A DNA stretch of 60,415 nt, the filler included, from Globobulimina sp. (Eukaryota): assembly GCA_003354225.1 (NCBI GenBank). It is 15 parts of 15 records of this genome, joined end to end, with 100 filler letters (N's around TTAATTAATTAA, not from the genome) between each part and the next. Parts side by side here need not be neighbours in the genome. Positions count along the whole stretch, not along the records: positions 48,425 to 52,356 come from PIVH01001869.1; positions 52,457 to 56,386 come from PIVH01001870.1; positions 56,487 to 60,415 come from PIVH01001871.1; 12 more parts are not named here. One strand, 5' to 3'. The notes beneath the pieces are model-generated. The model had not been told where the DNA came from. It did not search any database and saw nothing but the letters and a program-made list of their open reading frames with translations. The position numbers were made by a program, and so were the translations under genes. This document shows, piece after piece, positions 49,649 through 60,415 of this stretch (position 1 is its first letter; each line of letters starts with the position of its first letter).

Positions 49649-49732
49649 GAAGCTCTGAGTCTGGAGTTGTAGCTAAGGTTTTGTGATTGGAAACATTCCA
49701 AGTCACTTATTGATTAAATCACAAACCATCTA

Positions 49733-50820
49733 TCAGGTGGGTAACAGTTGTGAATTCCTTTGCGTTTGCAAAAATCCTTCCCTTTGATACAAAGCATTCC
49801 CACATAAAACAAGCGTAGCTCCCACATAAAATAAACTATTAAACTGCGTTTCGAAAAACACATAGGAGCCCAGCACAATTAATATGACAGCTAAGCCACC
49901 GGCAAATGATTTGATTATATTACTGGCTCTCTTCAGCACAAAAGCAACCAAATAGCCCCCAAATATGTTCAATATGACAACAATCCATGTTGACGTTGTA
50001 AAACCATATAAAAAGCCATACGGCATTATAATATCTTGCATATCGCGAGTCAGCATGCTATTGACAAAACACATTAAGAATCCAAACATTCCGAGTTGAA
50101 TGTTCTTGACATATAAACTCGCCGCTCCTTTCAACTGCAACTCCATAAATGCTCCTATTTCCGATACAAGTGATAAGCGCAAGGATATAACGCATAGAAT
50201 ATACCTGCAAAGCCAGAGGTGATTGTTGCTGCCAAAACGCACGCGATCCCGATATACCGATCACTGTCCCCATTCTTCTCATTATCCTGCGTACTTTGCG
50301 CAGTTTGCATGGACACATTAGCCAACGAGGCGCCAATTGCCAACAAAGCAAAGGATAGCCATTGTTTGCTCGAAAAGGATCTTCGTAATAAAACAATAGA
50401 AAACAGCGCCGCAGTGAAGATTTTCAATTGATATGTTATTTGATATAATGATGAATCTAAATGATGCAAAGCAATGTACAATAGATTGTTTTGTACAGAA
50501 TAGGTACATGCAGGAACTGCCATTTTTAGCAATGTTTTCAAATCGCCAAATAACTGGTTCGTAAATGTAGTAAAGGGGTCATGCGATGCTTTGGTTATCA
50601 ATATCTCATAGCTCAGCAATATTATACCAACCCACATCTTCCCAAATTCCGCTAATGCCACAGCTGAGGTAGTCGCGAATTGTGCTTCATTATGGCTTGA
50701 TGTTGGTGTTGGTAATCGGGAATACCTCATTGTTAATACAGTTGCTGCTGTTTGCACTGTCAAAGTGACGAATGCCACTGTGTTCCAAAAGTTTGATGGT
50801 TCCGGTCTTTGTGATGCCAT
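49733..50820 (-). CDS. Nucleotide-sugar transporter (SLC35A, UDP-galactose/CMP-sialic acid family), 2 exons
   Basis: TMRYSR, AVPACTYSVQNNL, YQITYQLKIFTAALFS, SGFAG, SLYVKNIQL, ASNIIKSFA. Intron at about 50145-50203. Confidence 0.92.
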
Positions 50821-50919
50821 TGTTAGTGTTTTAATTTTCACCCAAACGATTTTTAGTTTTGATAACTTCATTTTTATTTTGCATCGCGGCATTAATTAAA
50901 AGTTAAACTCCTATCAAAA

Positions 50920-52038
50920 ATGAGCGAAACCGAAAGCAAAGCGATGGAGGTGGACAAAGAGAACATTGAGCCAATAAAATCGACGGACGAGAAAATAGCA
51001 AAAATAGCCGAAGACAATGACGTCGAAATGGATTTGACTCAATTTACAGAGGACCGAATGTTTGATGATATGCTAAAATGTATTGACAATAAGGAATTGG
51101 GCGCAGCGAACAGCAAAAAAGCTTTTCGAACCGCATTGGAAAAGAAATACAATTTAAAGAAAAAAGCATTGAAACGTTTCGAACCATTTGTCGTTGCCAT
51201 TGGCCGTATCACCACCAAACTTTCTGAAAATAATCCAGGCGGCGACTCGGAACAAAAAGAGCCTGAAAATCAAGAAGCTGCAAAGGAAAAAGAACTGGAA
51301 GAATTTCAAAATGCGATAAATCCGAATAAAAAGAAAAAGAAAAAAAAAGCCGAGAAGGAGAGCGAAAATGAGGAGGAAAAAAATGACGACGATGGAAATG
51401 ATGGGAATAAGAAAAAGAGAAAGAAGAAGAGATCGAGAAAACGCAAACTCCCATCGTCTGACAATGAAAATGACAGCGATGACAATGACATGTACGATCC
51501 ACCAAAAAAAAAAAGGAAAAAAAATTGCGGCGCTTCGGTAAATGACGAATTTGCGGAGAAAAAAGCCAAAACAAACCGGAAAAAAAAGAAATCCGCGCCC
51601 GGAGAGTGGACATTGAAGAAATTAAAAAAGTTATTAAAAGTGACGCATTTGGCAAATCCCAGGGTTTATTCTGAAATGAAAGGGAAATCCATTAAAAAAC
51701 AAGTCAAATTCGTACAGAATATGTTGCAGGAAAATGGTGTGGATTTTAGTTGTTTGAGCGATCAAAGAATTAAAACCATTCAAAAAGAGTACGCGTTGAA
51801 GAAAGAAATGGAGGAGTTAGGAATCAGTGAATTTAATGTTGATGAGAATAAAAATGGAGGCCGCTCGAAAAGGAAAAGGAATAAAGTGTGCTATAATGAT
51901 ACAGTAAAAAGTGATAAATCCGGATCCGAATCGGAAGAAATGGCGGCAATGGAAGTTAAAGAAGAATCGTCGGACGAGCCATATGAGCCCCATTCTGACG
52001 ATGATTCCGATGAAGAATATAATGACTCTGACTATTAA
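50920..52038 (+). CDS. Lys/Glu-rich nuclear protein (possibly HIRIP3-like histone chaperone)
   Basis: Basic NLS-like tracts, acidic tracts, IKTIQKEYALKKEMEEL; family assignment weak. Confidence 0.5.
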   Translation: MSETESKAMEVDKENIEPIKSTDEKIAKIAEDNDVEMDLTQFTEDRMFDDMLKCIDNKELGAANSKKAFRTALEKKYNLKKKALKRFEPFVVAIGRITTKLSENNPGGDSEQKEPENQEAAKEKELEEFQNAINPNKKKKKKKAEKESENEEEKNDDDGNDGNKKKRKKKRSRKRKLPSSDNENDSDDNDMYDPPKKKRKKNCGASVNDEFAEKKAKTNRKKKKSAPGEWTLKKLKKLLKVTHLANPRVYSEMKGKSIKKQVKFVQNMLQENGVDFSCLSDQRIKTIQKEYALKKEMEELGISEFNVDENKNGGRSKRKRNKVCYNDTVKSDKSGSESEEMAAMEVKEESSDEPYEPHSDDDSDEEYNDSDY

Positions 52039-52583
52039 CCTCTGCCATTTTTATTTAAATTCAACAAATTATTTATTTTTTTCAAATTCAGTTCAAATTA
52101 TTAGATTAATATTTATATAAACTACTCCTTTGTAGCAAGAACAAATAAGTAAACTGAGGAAGGATTAAATGAGTAACCTCTGCGGAAGAGATGAATATTG
52201 AACAATAGCAGCTGTATTCTGAGCAAATTGTTTACTTAAATCAATCTCTTCTTTAGTCGCACCAAAAAAAGATTTTTCTCTCCGAATCGCTTGCAATCTC
52301 CCAATGATTTCACTATTTGCATCCAAATAACGTTGAAAATCGGAAGAATCAAATTGNNNNNNNNNNNNNNNNNNNNNNNNNNNNNNNNNNNNNNNNNNNN
52401 TTAATTAATTAANNNNNNNNNNNNNNNNNNNNNNNNNNNNNNNNNNNNNNNNNNNNTTTGTGTGCATTGTTTTAGTGTTGTTTTTGTTTTTGTTTTATCA
52501 GTGTCCGAGAAAAAAAAGAAAGCCTCAATAATATCAATTTAAATATAGAAAGTATACATTAAAAATAAAAAAATAAAATATAA

Positions 52584-55291
52584 TTAAGTTTTTTTTGTTT
52601 GTTCATAGTCATCAACCAATACAACGTCCTCCTCATCATCATCAGTTTGTATTGGTTGAATATGTTGCATTTCAACATTAGTCGTATTATTTATTTTGAC
52701 ACTTTCATACGATTTACCATCCACATTAATTGTATTATTTATATTCACGGACTTATTATCACCAACAATACGCACTTTTTTTTTCCTTTTAATATCACAA
52801 AAAACACAAAATCCAACTACACCAAAAATGGTGGCCAGAATAACTGTCGATATTACTATTGCTGCAATTTGTATATTATTGATTACTGCGTCATAAAACA
52901 CCGTTTCTTCTCCTTTGTCCTCATCTTCCTTTTTTATTATTATTTCATCATCGCCTGCTCCATAATCACAATTACAAAGTAATGATTCATTCAATTTACA
53001 AAATGATTCATAATCGCTACCACAATGCATCATATTGGTGATATTCTCATTATTCTCTTCCATAACTAACAGTGCAGCATAATTTGAAACATCTAAATCA
53101 TCAAAACCGTGAATGGCATAAAAATCTAAGTTTGTATGAATATCGTTTGCTTTTCCACCCTCATTTGATATAACACAAACTTTATCATTCTGCTTATGTG
53201 GACAATAAACATTCATATCTTGACAGGATCCGTCCATATGTGAACAATGAATAGTTAATAAACTTGTATCCTGAGCATAAAAATTTGTATTTTTACACGA
53301 CTCAAATCCTGCGCATTCCACATATAAATACATCACATCCGCAGCAAATATATCTGAATTCATACAGGACGACGTATCGTTACATTGTATAGACAATGAA
53401 TGACTGTCTGGAGCAGCATAAATATTTCTATATTTACATGACCCGCTGCCTGAATTACATAATATTACACAATCAGCTTCGCCTTGTGCACAAATTATAT
53501 CTTCAAATTCTTGGGTTTCGGACATAAAACATAATGAGTCTGTTTCCAGACAATTCCAACTCGTGTTTGCCTGTGACAATGTGCAGGAATCTCCGGCACA
53601 AAACATAAACACTTGTGTCTCTATGGGTAAATAGGAAGCAATATCCATAGCATTCCAACTCTGTTCCGCATAAATGAATATCTGATTCGCTACCAATTTA
53701 TTGGAAATACCTTAAAAAACACGTATATATTATGTACACACAATATAAATTATCGTTTTCTGCAGAAATTTTTGGATTTCATACCAGTAATTTTGCAAAC
53801 AGATTCATCAGAATACGATGATGGACATTTCATAGTCATTTGATTGCAACTTTCCTCACCAAAACAAGTTATATCTAATTTATGCCCATCGGCAGCATCA
53901 ATATTGCTTGAAATACACGCTGAAGCAGACAAGCATGAAATATTTAAGACACTGTTAACGCCGGCAATAATATGCAAAGACGAACACGATTCCGCAGCTG
54001 AACAAAATATCGCACAATTTGCAGCATTTGGACATATAAATACAGTCTCAAAACATGATAAATTTGCTACGCAATTTAGGTCACAATATTCGCCAGAAAA
54101 GTCACTACATGTTTTTAGCTGCGCATTGCAGTTTGCATCGTCATCACAAATAATAGTGAATGGATCTTGTGTGGGATTTAATGTTGGTGCCAATGATGGA
54201 TTATTTGTTGGATATATACTGGGTGATGTGGTTGGTATTTGTGTTGGTGTTTTGGTCTTTCGTGTTGGTTTGAATGTAGGTGACAGTGTGGGGTATAATG
54301 TTGGTGAATTGCTTGGATTCAATGTTGGTGATATGGTTGGTATATTTGTGGGTAATTTGGTAGGGAAAGTTGTGGGAAATGTTGATGGTATATTTGTTGG
54401 TGATTTTGTTGGGGAATTGGAAGGGAATTTTGATGGGATATTTGTTGGATGTTTTGTTGGGGAATTCGTAGGAAATTTTGATGGAGATTTTGATGGGAAA
54501 TTGGTGGGAAATTTTGACGGGGAATTTGACGGGAAATTTGATGGTGAATTACTTGGTTTTATGGTGGGTGAGGTTGTTGGGTAAAATGTTGGGTAAAATG
54601 TTGGTTCTAATGTTGGTTCCAGCGATGGTTCATTGGTTGGCGATATTGTTGGTTGCGTTAAAAATAGTGACTCTTTGTTTTTTTTATTATTTGTATATGT
54701 GTTATAGTGGATTTGTAGCAAATTTGAGTAGGTTTCTTATAGTGAATATTTTTAACTGATATTTCGTCCGTTTACAGGTATATGTTGGCATATTGCTTGT
54801 CTTTGTCCTGAACATCTCGCAAAATTAAATTGTTGTCCAATTGCAGATATTATATTTAATGTTCGTGGTGTTGTTGGGAATGAATATGCACTGCCATTGA
54901 TACTCCGTTGTAAGTTTACAATTCGTGTAATTCCATCATTTGTGTCTGAAAGTATTGTAATTTGTGGAATTGTATATATTGTACCGATAGTATGTGAACC
55001 TAATATTGTTTCGAATACAATGGGTATTTGCTCCGGGAATGTATAATCAACGATGATTGCATATGTACCAAACATTGAACTAGAATCAAAACCAAACCCT
55101 TTCCATGAATTGGGTGTCGAAGCCAGTGTCGTCAATTCAATGTTAACTAAATTTAGATCTGTATTGATGCTAAAATTTATTGTATTATTTTCAAAGAGAG
55201 TTGTTTTTGTGGTGAATAATATTGCGCCATGGTTGACATTTACAAATATCGACAATATTAATATGAGTATGGACGGTGTTAGGCAAGACAT
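52584..55291 (-). CDS. Cell-surface glycoprotein: signal peptide, DOMON-like domain, P-T/S stalk, Cys-rich repeats, single TM (3 exons)
   Basis: WKGFGF...MFGTYAII (DOMON-like), (PTxx)n stalk, C-x4/5-SC repeats, TM IAAIVISTVILATIFGVVGF. Confidence 0.78.
54165..54655 (-). repeat. 12-nt coding tandem repeat (PT/PS-x-x mucin-like stalk)
   Basis: About 40 tetrapeptide units such as PTNF, PSKF, PTLS. Confidence 0.9.
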
Positions 55292-55374
55292 TTAGAACTA
55301 AATTCTTGATCGACTGATGTTTTTTATTTAAAACAACACAATCTTTTCCGAGTGGCAGACTTGGTCTCGTTATC

Positions 55375-56386
55375 ATGTCACAACAACCTGCAACAGTCGA
55401 ATATTTGACCACACTCTTTGTCGATTTGGATAAGAATTGGATTGATGAGTTGGTATCACAGTTTCCCACTGCAAAAGTCGAATTTCTCACAGAACAATGT
55501 GTTGCACGATGTGAACAAGTCAATGCAGAAAAGGAAAAACATAAACCCAACAACAATGATGATGATATTAATGCTTCCAATAACAATAATAATAAGAATA
55601 ATAATAATGCTGCGGAAATTCCTATGGATCAACATAACTTTTTATATCCATTACCACAGATCGATTCAGATGATGTTTGTGTGCATACTTTGTATTTAAA
55701 ACCATAGTTTGACTCCTTTCACTCCTTTGATATGAACCACAAATAACAAAACAAATAATTACTAAGGAAGTTATAATGAATGATAAAGTAACCGATGAAG
55801 GACCATCCATGTCATTATTATCCAGTGTACCGAAAGAATTATCAGATTGGTTCCAATCTTTCTCAAAATCTGTTTCAATCAATTTCCATCCTGGTTTATT
55901 AGAAATATTATTACATTTAGAAATGATTAAATATAACACTTCATTTGCATTCTCTCCAAATCTAAACAACAACAATAATAATAATGATTTAATTCAATGT
56001 TTAGCTTTCTTATTAAAAATATTAAGCAATCTCCAATCCAATTTTGACGAATCCCAATATCGAATGTTTGCAAAATCAGACCCAAAATTCTGTCAACAAT
56101 TTAATAACATCCAAGGAGCTGAAACATTGTTAAAATATACGGGTTGGACCTTAATCGAAACTGACAAAGCGGATAACGGCGGCTTATATGTTTACGACCA
56201 AGAAAATGATAAAAATTATTTAAATGCAATCATTCAATTATTAACAATGTATAACAGTCAGTATTTGAAAGGAAACCCAATCAAAACTGTCAATGTCGAT
56301 AATAAACCAAATGATGCTGATGCTGGCAATGAATTAAAATGGGAATTAGCTGACAATTTTGTGAGTATTTTTGAAGATGCCGAAGA
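55375..56386 (+). CDS. PUB domain-containing protein, multi-exon, 3'-partial
   Basis: LLKILSNL...QYR...PKFCQQFNNIQGAETLLKYTGW is a PUB pattern; upstream exon from 55375. Confidence 0.72.
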
Positions 56387-56509
56387 NNNNNNNNNNNNNN
56401 NNNNNNNNNNNNNNNNNNNNNNNNNNNNNNTTAATTAATTAANNNNNNNNNNNNNNNNNNNNNNNNNNNNNNNNNNNNNNNNNNNNCATAGGCTTTTATA
56501 TTTATAAAC

Positions 56510-56995
56510 ATGCGCCTGCCTTCCGGAAAGCCGGAGATTAGCTTATGCCCTGTCTGGTTTTGTATTCTAAACGTATTCCAAGTCAAGACGACAATGAAAG
56601 CTTGTTGTACCAACATAGTGCTGTTGGTGATTTTTTTATTGACCTTTTGGATTATCCCATTAGTTATCCTTATTGATATAATTTATAATTGCTGTCTTGG
56701 AGTGAAACAAATATATCCATGGAATATCGCCAATAATTTGGATAAATATGAATTGATTGATGTACGCACAAAGGAAGAATTCAATTGGTTTCATATCAAA
56801 AATGCAAGATGGCATAAAGCCGTCAATAGTAATTCTTTTAATCATAATAAAGATATTGTTGTTATATGTATGAGTGGACACCGATCACCGTACAAAGCAT
56901 TTCATATCAATAGGAAATATCCAACAAAAAATGTGTACAATTTGTATGGCGGAATGTTATTTTGGAAACTTTGTTGCAAAAAAGTAGAATATTAA
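56510..56995 (+). CDS. Rhodanese-like protein with an N-terminal TM
   Basis: LIDVRTKEEF..FHIKNA, VVICMSGHRS, VYNLYGGM..W. Confidence 0.85.
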   Translation: MRLPSGKPEISLCPVWFCILNVFQVKTTMKACCTNIVLLVIFLLTFWIIPLVILIDIIYNCCLGVKQIYPWNIANNLDKYELIDVRTKEEFNWFHIKNARWHKAVNSNSFNHNKDIVVICMSGHRSPYKAFHINRKYPTKNVYNLYGGMLFWKLCCKKVEY

Positions 56996-57219
56996 CTAAT
57001 CACAGTTCCAATTGACAATAAGAGCAAATACAAGCGGATGAGGTGATTAATAATCAGAATATTGATGATTTTTATCAGAATATTTTATCTCTTAATCTCC
57101 GCGACTCACATTTCACCCAACTACATAGTGAAAACATTTCACCCAAATTTTGCATGCTCTCTGTGCAAACAAGTCGATTATTATTGCATTAAATCTATTA
57201 CTCATCATATTGAGACACA

Positions 57220-57735
57220 ATGAGAATTCATAAATGCTATTTTTGTTCAAGTCCGATTTATCCAGGACATGGAATAACATTTTGTCGAAACGATTGCAAA
57301 ATATTTAGATTTTGTAAGTCTAAATGTCATAATAATTTTAAAATGAGACGCAATCCACGTCGTACACGATGGACAAAGGCATTCCGATGGGCCCGAAAAA
57401 AAGAATTAACAAATGATAATGTATTACATTTTGAGAAAAAAAGGAATATTCCAGTTAAATATGATCGTGAATTGATGGCCAAAACCATAAAAGCAATGAA
57501 CCGAATAAGTCAAATTCGCGTTGCTCGAAACGATCGATATTATGATGAAAGAATGAAAGACGGTGCGCGCATAAAAAAAGCGCAGGCTTTGCGATTAATT
57601 CGTAAAAATTTACATTTAGTCGTTGCCCCTGTTGCTGTTCCAGGAAAAGGACCAAAAACATTTAAAAAATGGAGACGTGCCGCCATTGTACATTTACGTA
57701 GAAAACAACGAAAAGGCAAATTATGTCTTGATTAA
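57220..57735 (+). CDS. RLP24: Ribosome biogenesis protein RLP24 (RSL24D1)
   Basis: [18 protein letters not shown]...[28 protein letters not shown]...PVKYDRELM. Confidence 0.95.
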   Translation: MRIHKCYFCSSPIYPGHGITFCRNDCKIFRFCKSKCHNNFKMRRNPRRTRWTKAFRWARKKELTNDNVLHFEKKRNIPVKYDRELMAKTIKAMNRISQIRVARNDRYYDERMKDGARIKKAQALRLIRKNLHLVVAPVAVPGKGPKTFKKWRRAAIVHLRRKQRKGKLCLD

Positions 57736-58045
57736 ATTTTAACGTTCGATATCGATGGATACTGGAATTTGAATAGAATTGTCTTAACATTTGAATTATT
57801 ATTTTTTGTAAGTGCAAGGATAGCATCGCATATTTCATCCTTCAGCTAAATATATAAAATTGACAACTGTTTTTTTCAAATTTACCTTGGAATTTGCAAC
57901 TACTATCTAGTTATTCTAGTAATTCTAGTCTGCGCTTTAGACCTTTAGTACTTCTGAAGGCAGAATGATACCAAAAAATGGCAGCAAAGAAATATCGACA
58001 TTTTATTTTTTCAAACACTATGATAAACACTGACAATGTACACAC

Positions 58046-59113
58046 TTAAGCAACGATTGTATGCTTTTCACCATCATCATTTGTTTGTTTTGGTACACAT
58101 TTATAAACATTAACATTGTTTAATTGGTGACAGATGATTTGTTTGCAAATCCAATCGATTCCACGCAATCCGCATAAAGAAATAAAATACACCAACAGTA
58201 TAAACCAGAATGCATTTTCAAAAAATCTTTTTAAATTCATCCCATCCTCAATTTCATAAACGATTCTATCTTGAACCACTTTTAAACCATAACAACACTC
58301 TTCTTCTTCATTCTTGTTATTCAATATCGGAATTCTAAATTGTTTTGATTTCATTTCTTCGACATTTATCACATTAATTTCATTCCCTTCCCATTTACCA
58401 TTTCCTTTATAATTAGTCCATAATTGAAATGTTGCAATATACGATGTATCTTTTTTCATCTCCAACTCAAATAAATGCGGTTTTTTTTTACTTTCTACAG
58501 AAACAATAACGGATTCATCTGGATTTTCAAGTGTATATTGATGATTATTGCATAAAACCAATCCATGCTCATAATAATTATTTACTCTCTCTGTGTAACA
58601 TAAGATTCCATTTGCTTTTAATTCTTGATTGCTTGAATTAGCTGAAAACTCAATTATTTTATTTATATCTTGTGAGCCTAAATTATGATTCTTTGCAATC
58701 AATTTGCTACATTGCATTTGTGTGATACATCCTGAATTTGGATAATATTGCGATAATTTGAATGGTGGAGGAAATATTTGATTGTTTAAAATTGTGAAAT
58801 TTAATTCTTCTGTCATATGATTATAATAATGATCCTCGACTCTCCAATGAGGTTTGGCATCCTATGAAAAATGAAAATAACCTCACAAGTCATAACAGAT
58901 AGATATCAAATTAACTTTAAACGTTACAAAATGCTGTGTGTCACCTTCGTGCCATGCAGTTGTAAAAAAAACATAAACGATGATGGCAAATAATACAATT
59001 ATTGGATGTAAACAAGCTAATATTGATTGAAACGATGAATACTGATTTAAATGGTTGTCACATTTCAGCCATAGCAAATTATGACTGCTATGCCAACGTT
59101 TAAATGTTTCCAT
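58046..59113 (-). CDS. Two-TM hypothetical membrane protein, 2 exons
   Basis: Intron 58862-58915 joins FVTFK|DAKPHW in frame. Confidence 0.6.
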
Positions 59114-59266
59114 TATTAAGTGAGTTTGTGTTTTGTTACTAAGTTTTTTATTTAAATTAAAGTTGATCCTGTTCCATGCAATTGTTTAAATACTGATTCA
59201 CACAGCTCCGGAAGTGTTACCTGTTTCATAGATAAACTTCGTCGAATCCCGACCATTAAACAGAAC

Positions 59267-60283
59267 ATGCTTTCGAATGATCAACAAAGAATAATCACTG
59301 TATCACTTATGATCATTAACCTCATCGTGTTGATGTTTATCTCAAGTTACCATATTATTACCACAAAGAAAAACACAAATACGCTCAAAAAATTGCGACC
59401 TTCAATCCGTTTAACGTTTTTATTGTTACTATTTGCATTGTATACATTTATTAATATGTTTCTCCCAGTAATTGGTGCTTTTAATAAATCCGCAGCATTT
59501 TGCCTTTATTACTTGAAATATTCTATACTTGCTGGTTATACATCATTTAAATTACTGTTGTACTTAATATTAATTTATCGCTTACATGAAACATTCAATA
59601 AATCAGTTTTAGCATATAATCCATGCAAATTACAGATATGGCATCATTGTTGATATTATGGACTGTATGTAACTCGTTTTTTGGCGGATTAACTTGTCAA
59701 GTTACTTATGATACACTTTGCACATTAAAATATGCTCCGTTGGCCAAGATATCAATTGGTTTATTAGATATTATAGCAAGTATTGTTAACAGCATATTAT
59801 TCATTAAACCTTGCATTAAATTACGGAAATATCTAAAAGGAACAGGAAACAGTAACGAAACCACTGATGACTTGAAAATTGTTGCAGTAAAACAATGCGT
59901 ATTATCTGTATCTGCGATCATGAGCTCCGTCATTGCAATGTTTATTAGTGTGGCAGCTGGCGGCAAAAGTGTGTTTACCGCAGTATTTCTTTCATTTGAT
60001 CTTAATGTCACTGCTTTATGTGTCATATTCAGTTAATTTGTATCTAATTATATTAAACACTATATACACACAGCGGCAATATGTATTTTTATGTTTGTTG
60101 ATAGTGTTTCGATGGAATTCATGGATTGTTGAAAAATTATGTTGTTGCTTTTTACCATCAAGTCAAACTGTTAATGATTTGAAGAATGTGATGAATTTAA
60201 CAAAATTGGCAATTGTTTCAAAAACACATGAAAAGGAAATAAGATCTGCACCAGATTCAGATCCTGAAATTGTATTTAATTAA
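59267..60283 (+). pseudogene. GPCR-like seven-TM gene with a 1-nt frameshift near 59641 (pseudogene or sequencing error)
   Basis: Adding one base restores LQIW-ASLLILW; intron 60032-60103; LILIYRLHETF resembles TLRLYQTF of the 38012-39154 protein. Confidence 0.6.
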
Positions 60284-60415
60284 AATTATTATGTGTGCTA
60301 TTTGTTTTGTATATAAATATACGTAGCCATTTTCAAAAAGAAAAACGGAAATTTATTTTGCTATGTTTTTTGTTATTTGTACGTGTCTCTGCTTTTTGCA
60401 CAAAATTAATATCGA

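Noticed and set aside
53844-54584. 246-aa Gly/Val-rich plus-strand ORF
   Set aside because: Antisense shadow of the P-T repeat exon.

Overview
This window is not one locus. It is 15 unrelated contigs of about 3.93-3.94 kb, sorted by decreasing length and joined by artificial 100-nt spacers (N44-TTAATTAATTAA-N44), so gene neighbourhood means something only within a contig. Most contigs are AT-rich, gene-dense eukaryotic DNA with short (about 50-100 nt) GT-AG introns and poly-Asn tracts. The style suggests a foraminifer/rhizarian protist, which is an inference. Recognisable genes include kinases, a bacterial-type PARG, TRAP-gamma, RasGEF, EDEM, a GH5 cellulase, a 7TM-RGS protein, G-alpha, taxilin, SLC35A and RLP24. 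Two contigs stand out. Contig 28260-32193 is an intronless head-tail virus morphogenesis module (scaffold, decoration protein, HK97-type capsid, RHH protein, tail terminator/tube-like protein), possibly from an archaeal virus. Contig 32294-36226 starts with alphaproteobacterial-type rpoB joined in frame to an MMPL C-terminus, probably a chimera. Other leads: a CHAT protease whose His and Cys motifs are 472 aa apart, a long G-U-containing hairpin, a G-alpha lacking the catalytic Gln, a secreted TupA-like ATP-grasp protein, and a dispersed GTATAC-rich repeat shared by two contigs. All family calls come from motif recognition by eye; no searches were run.
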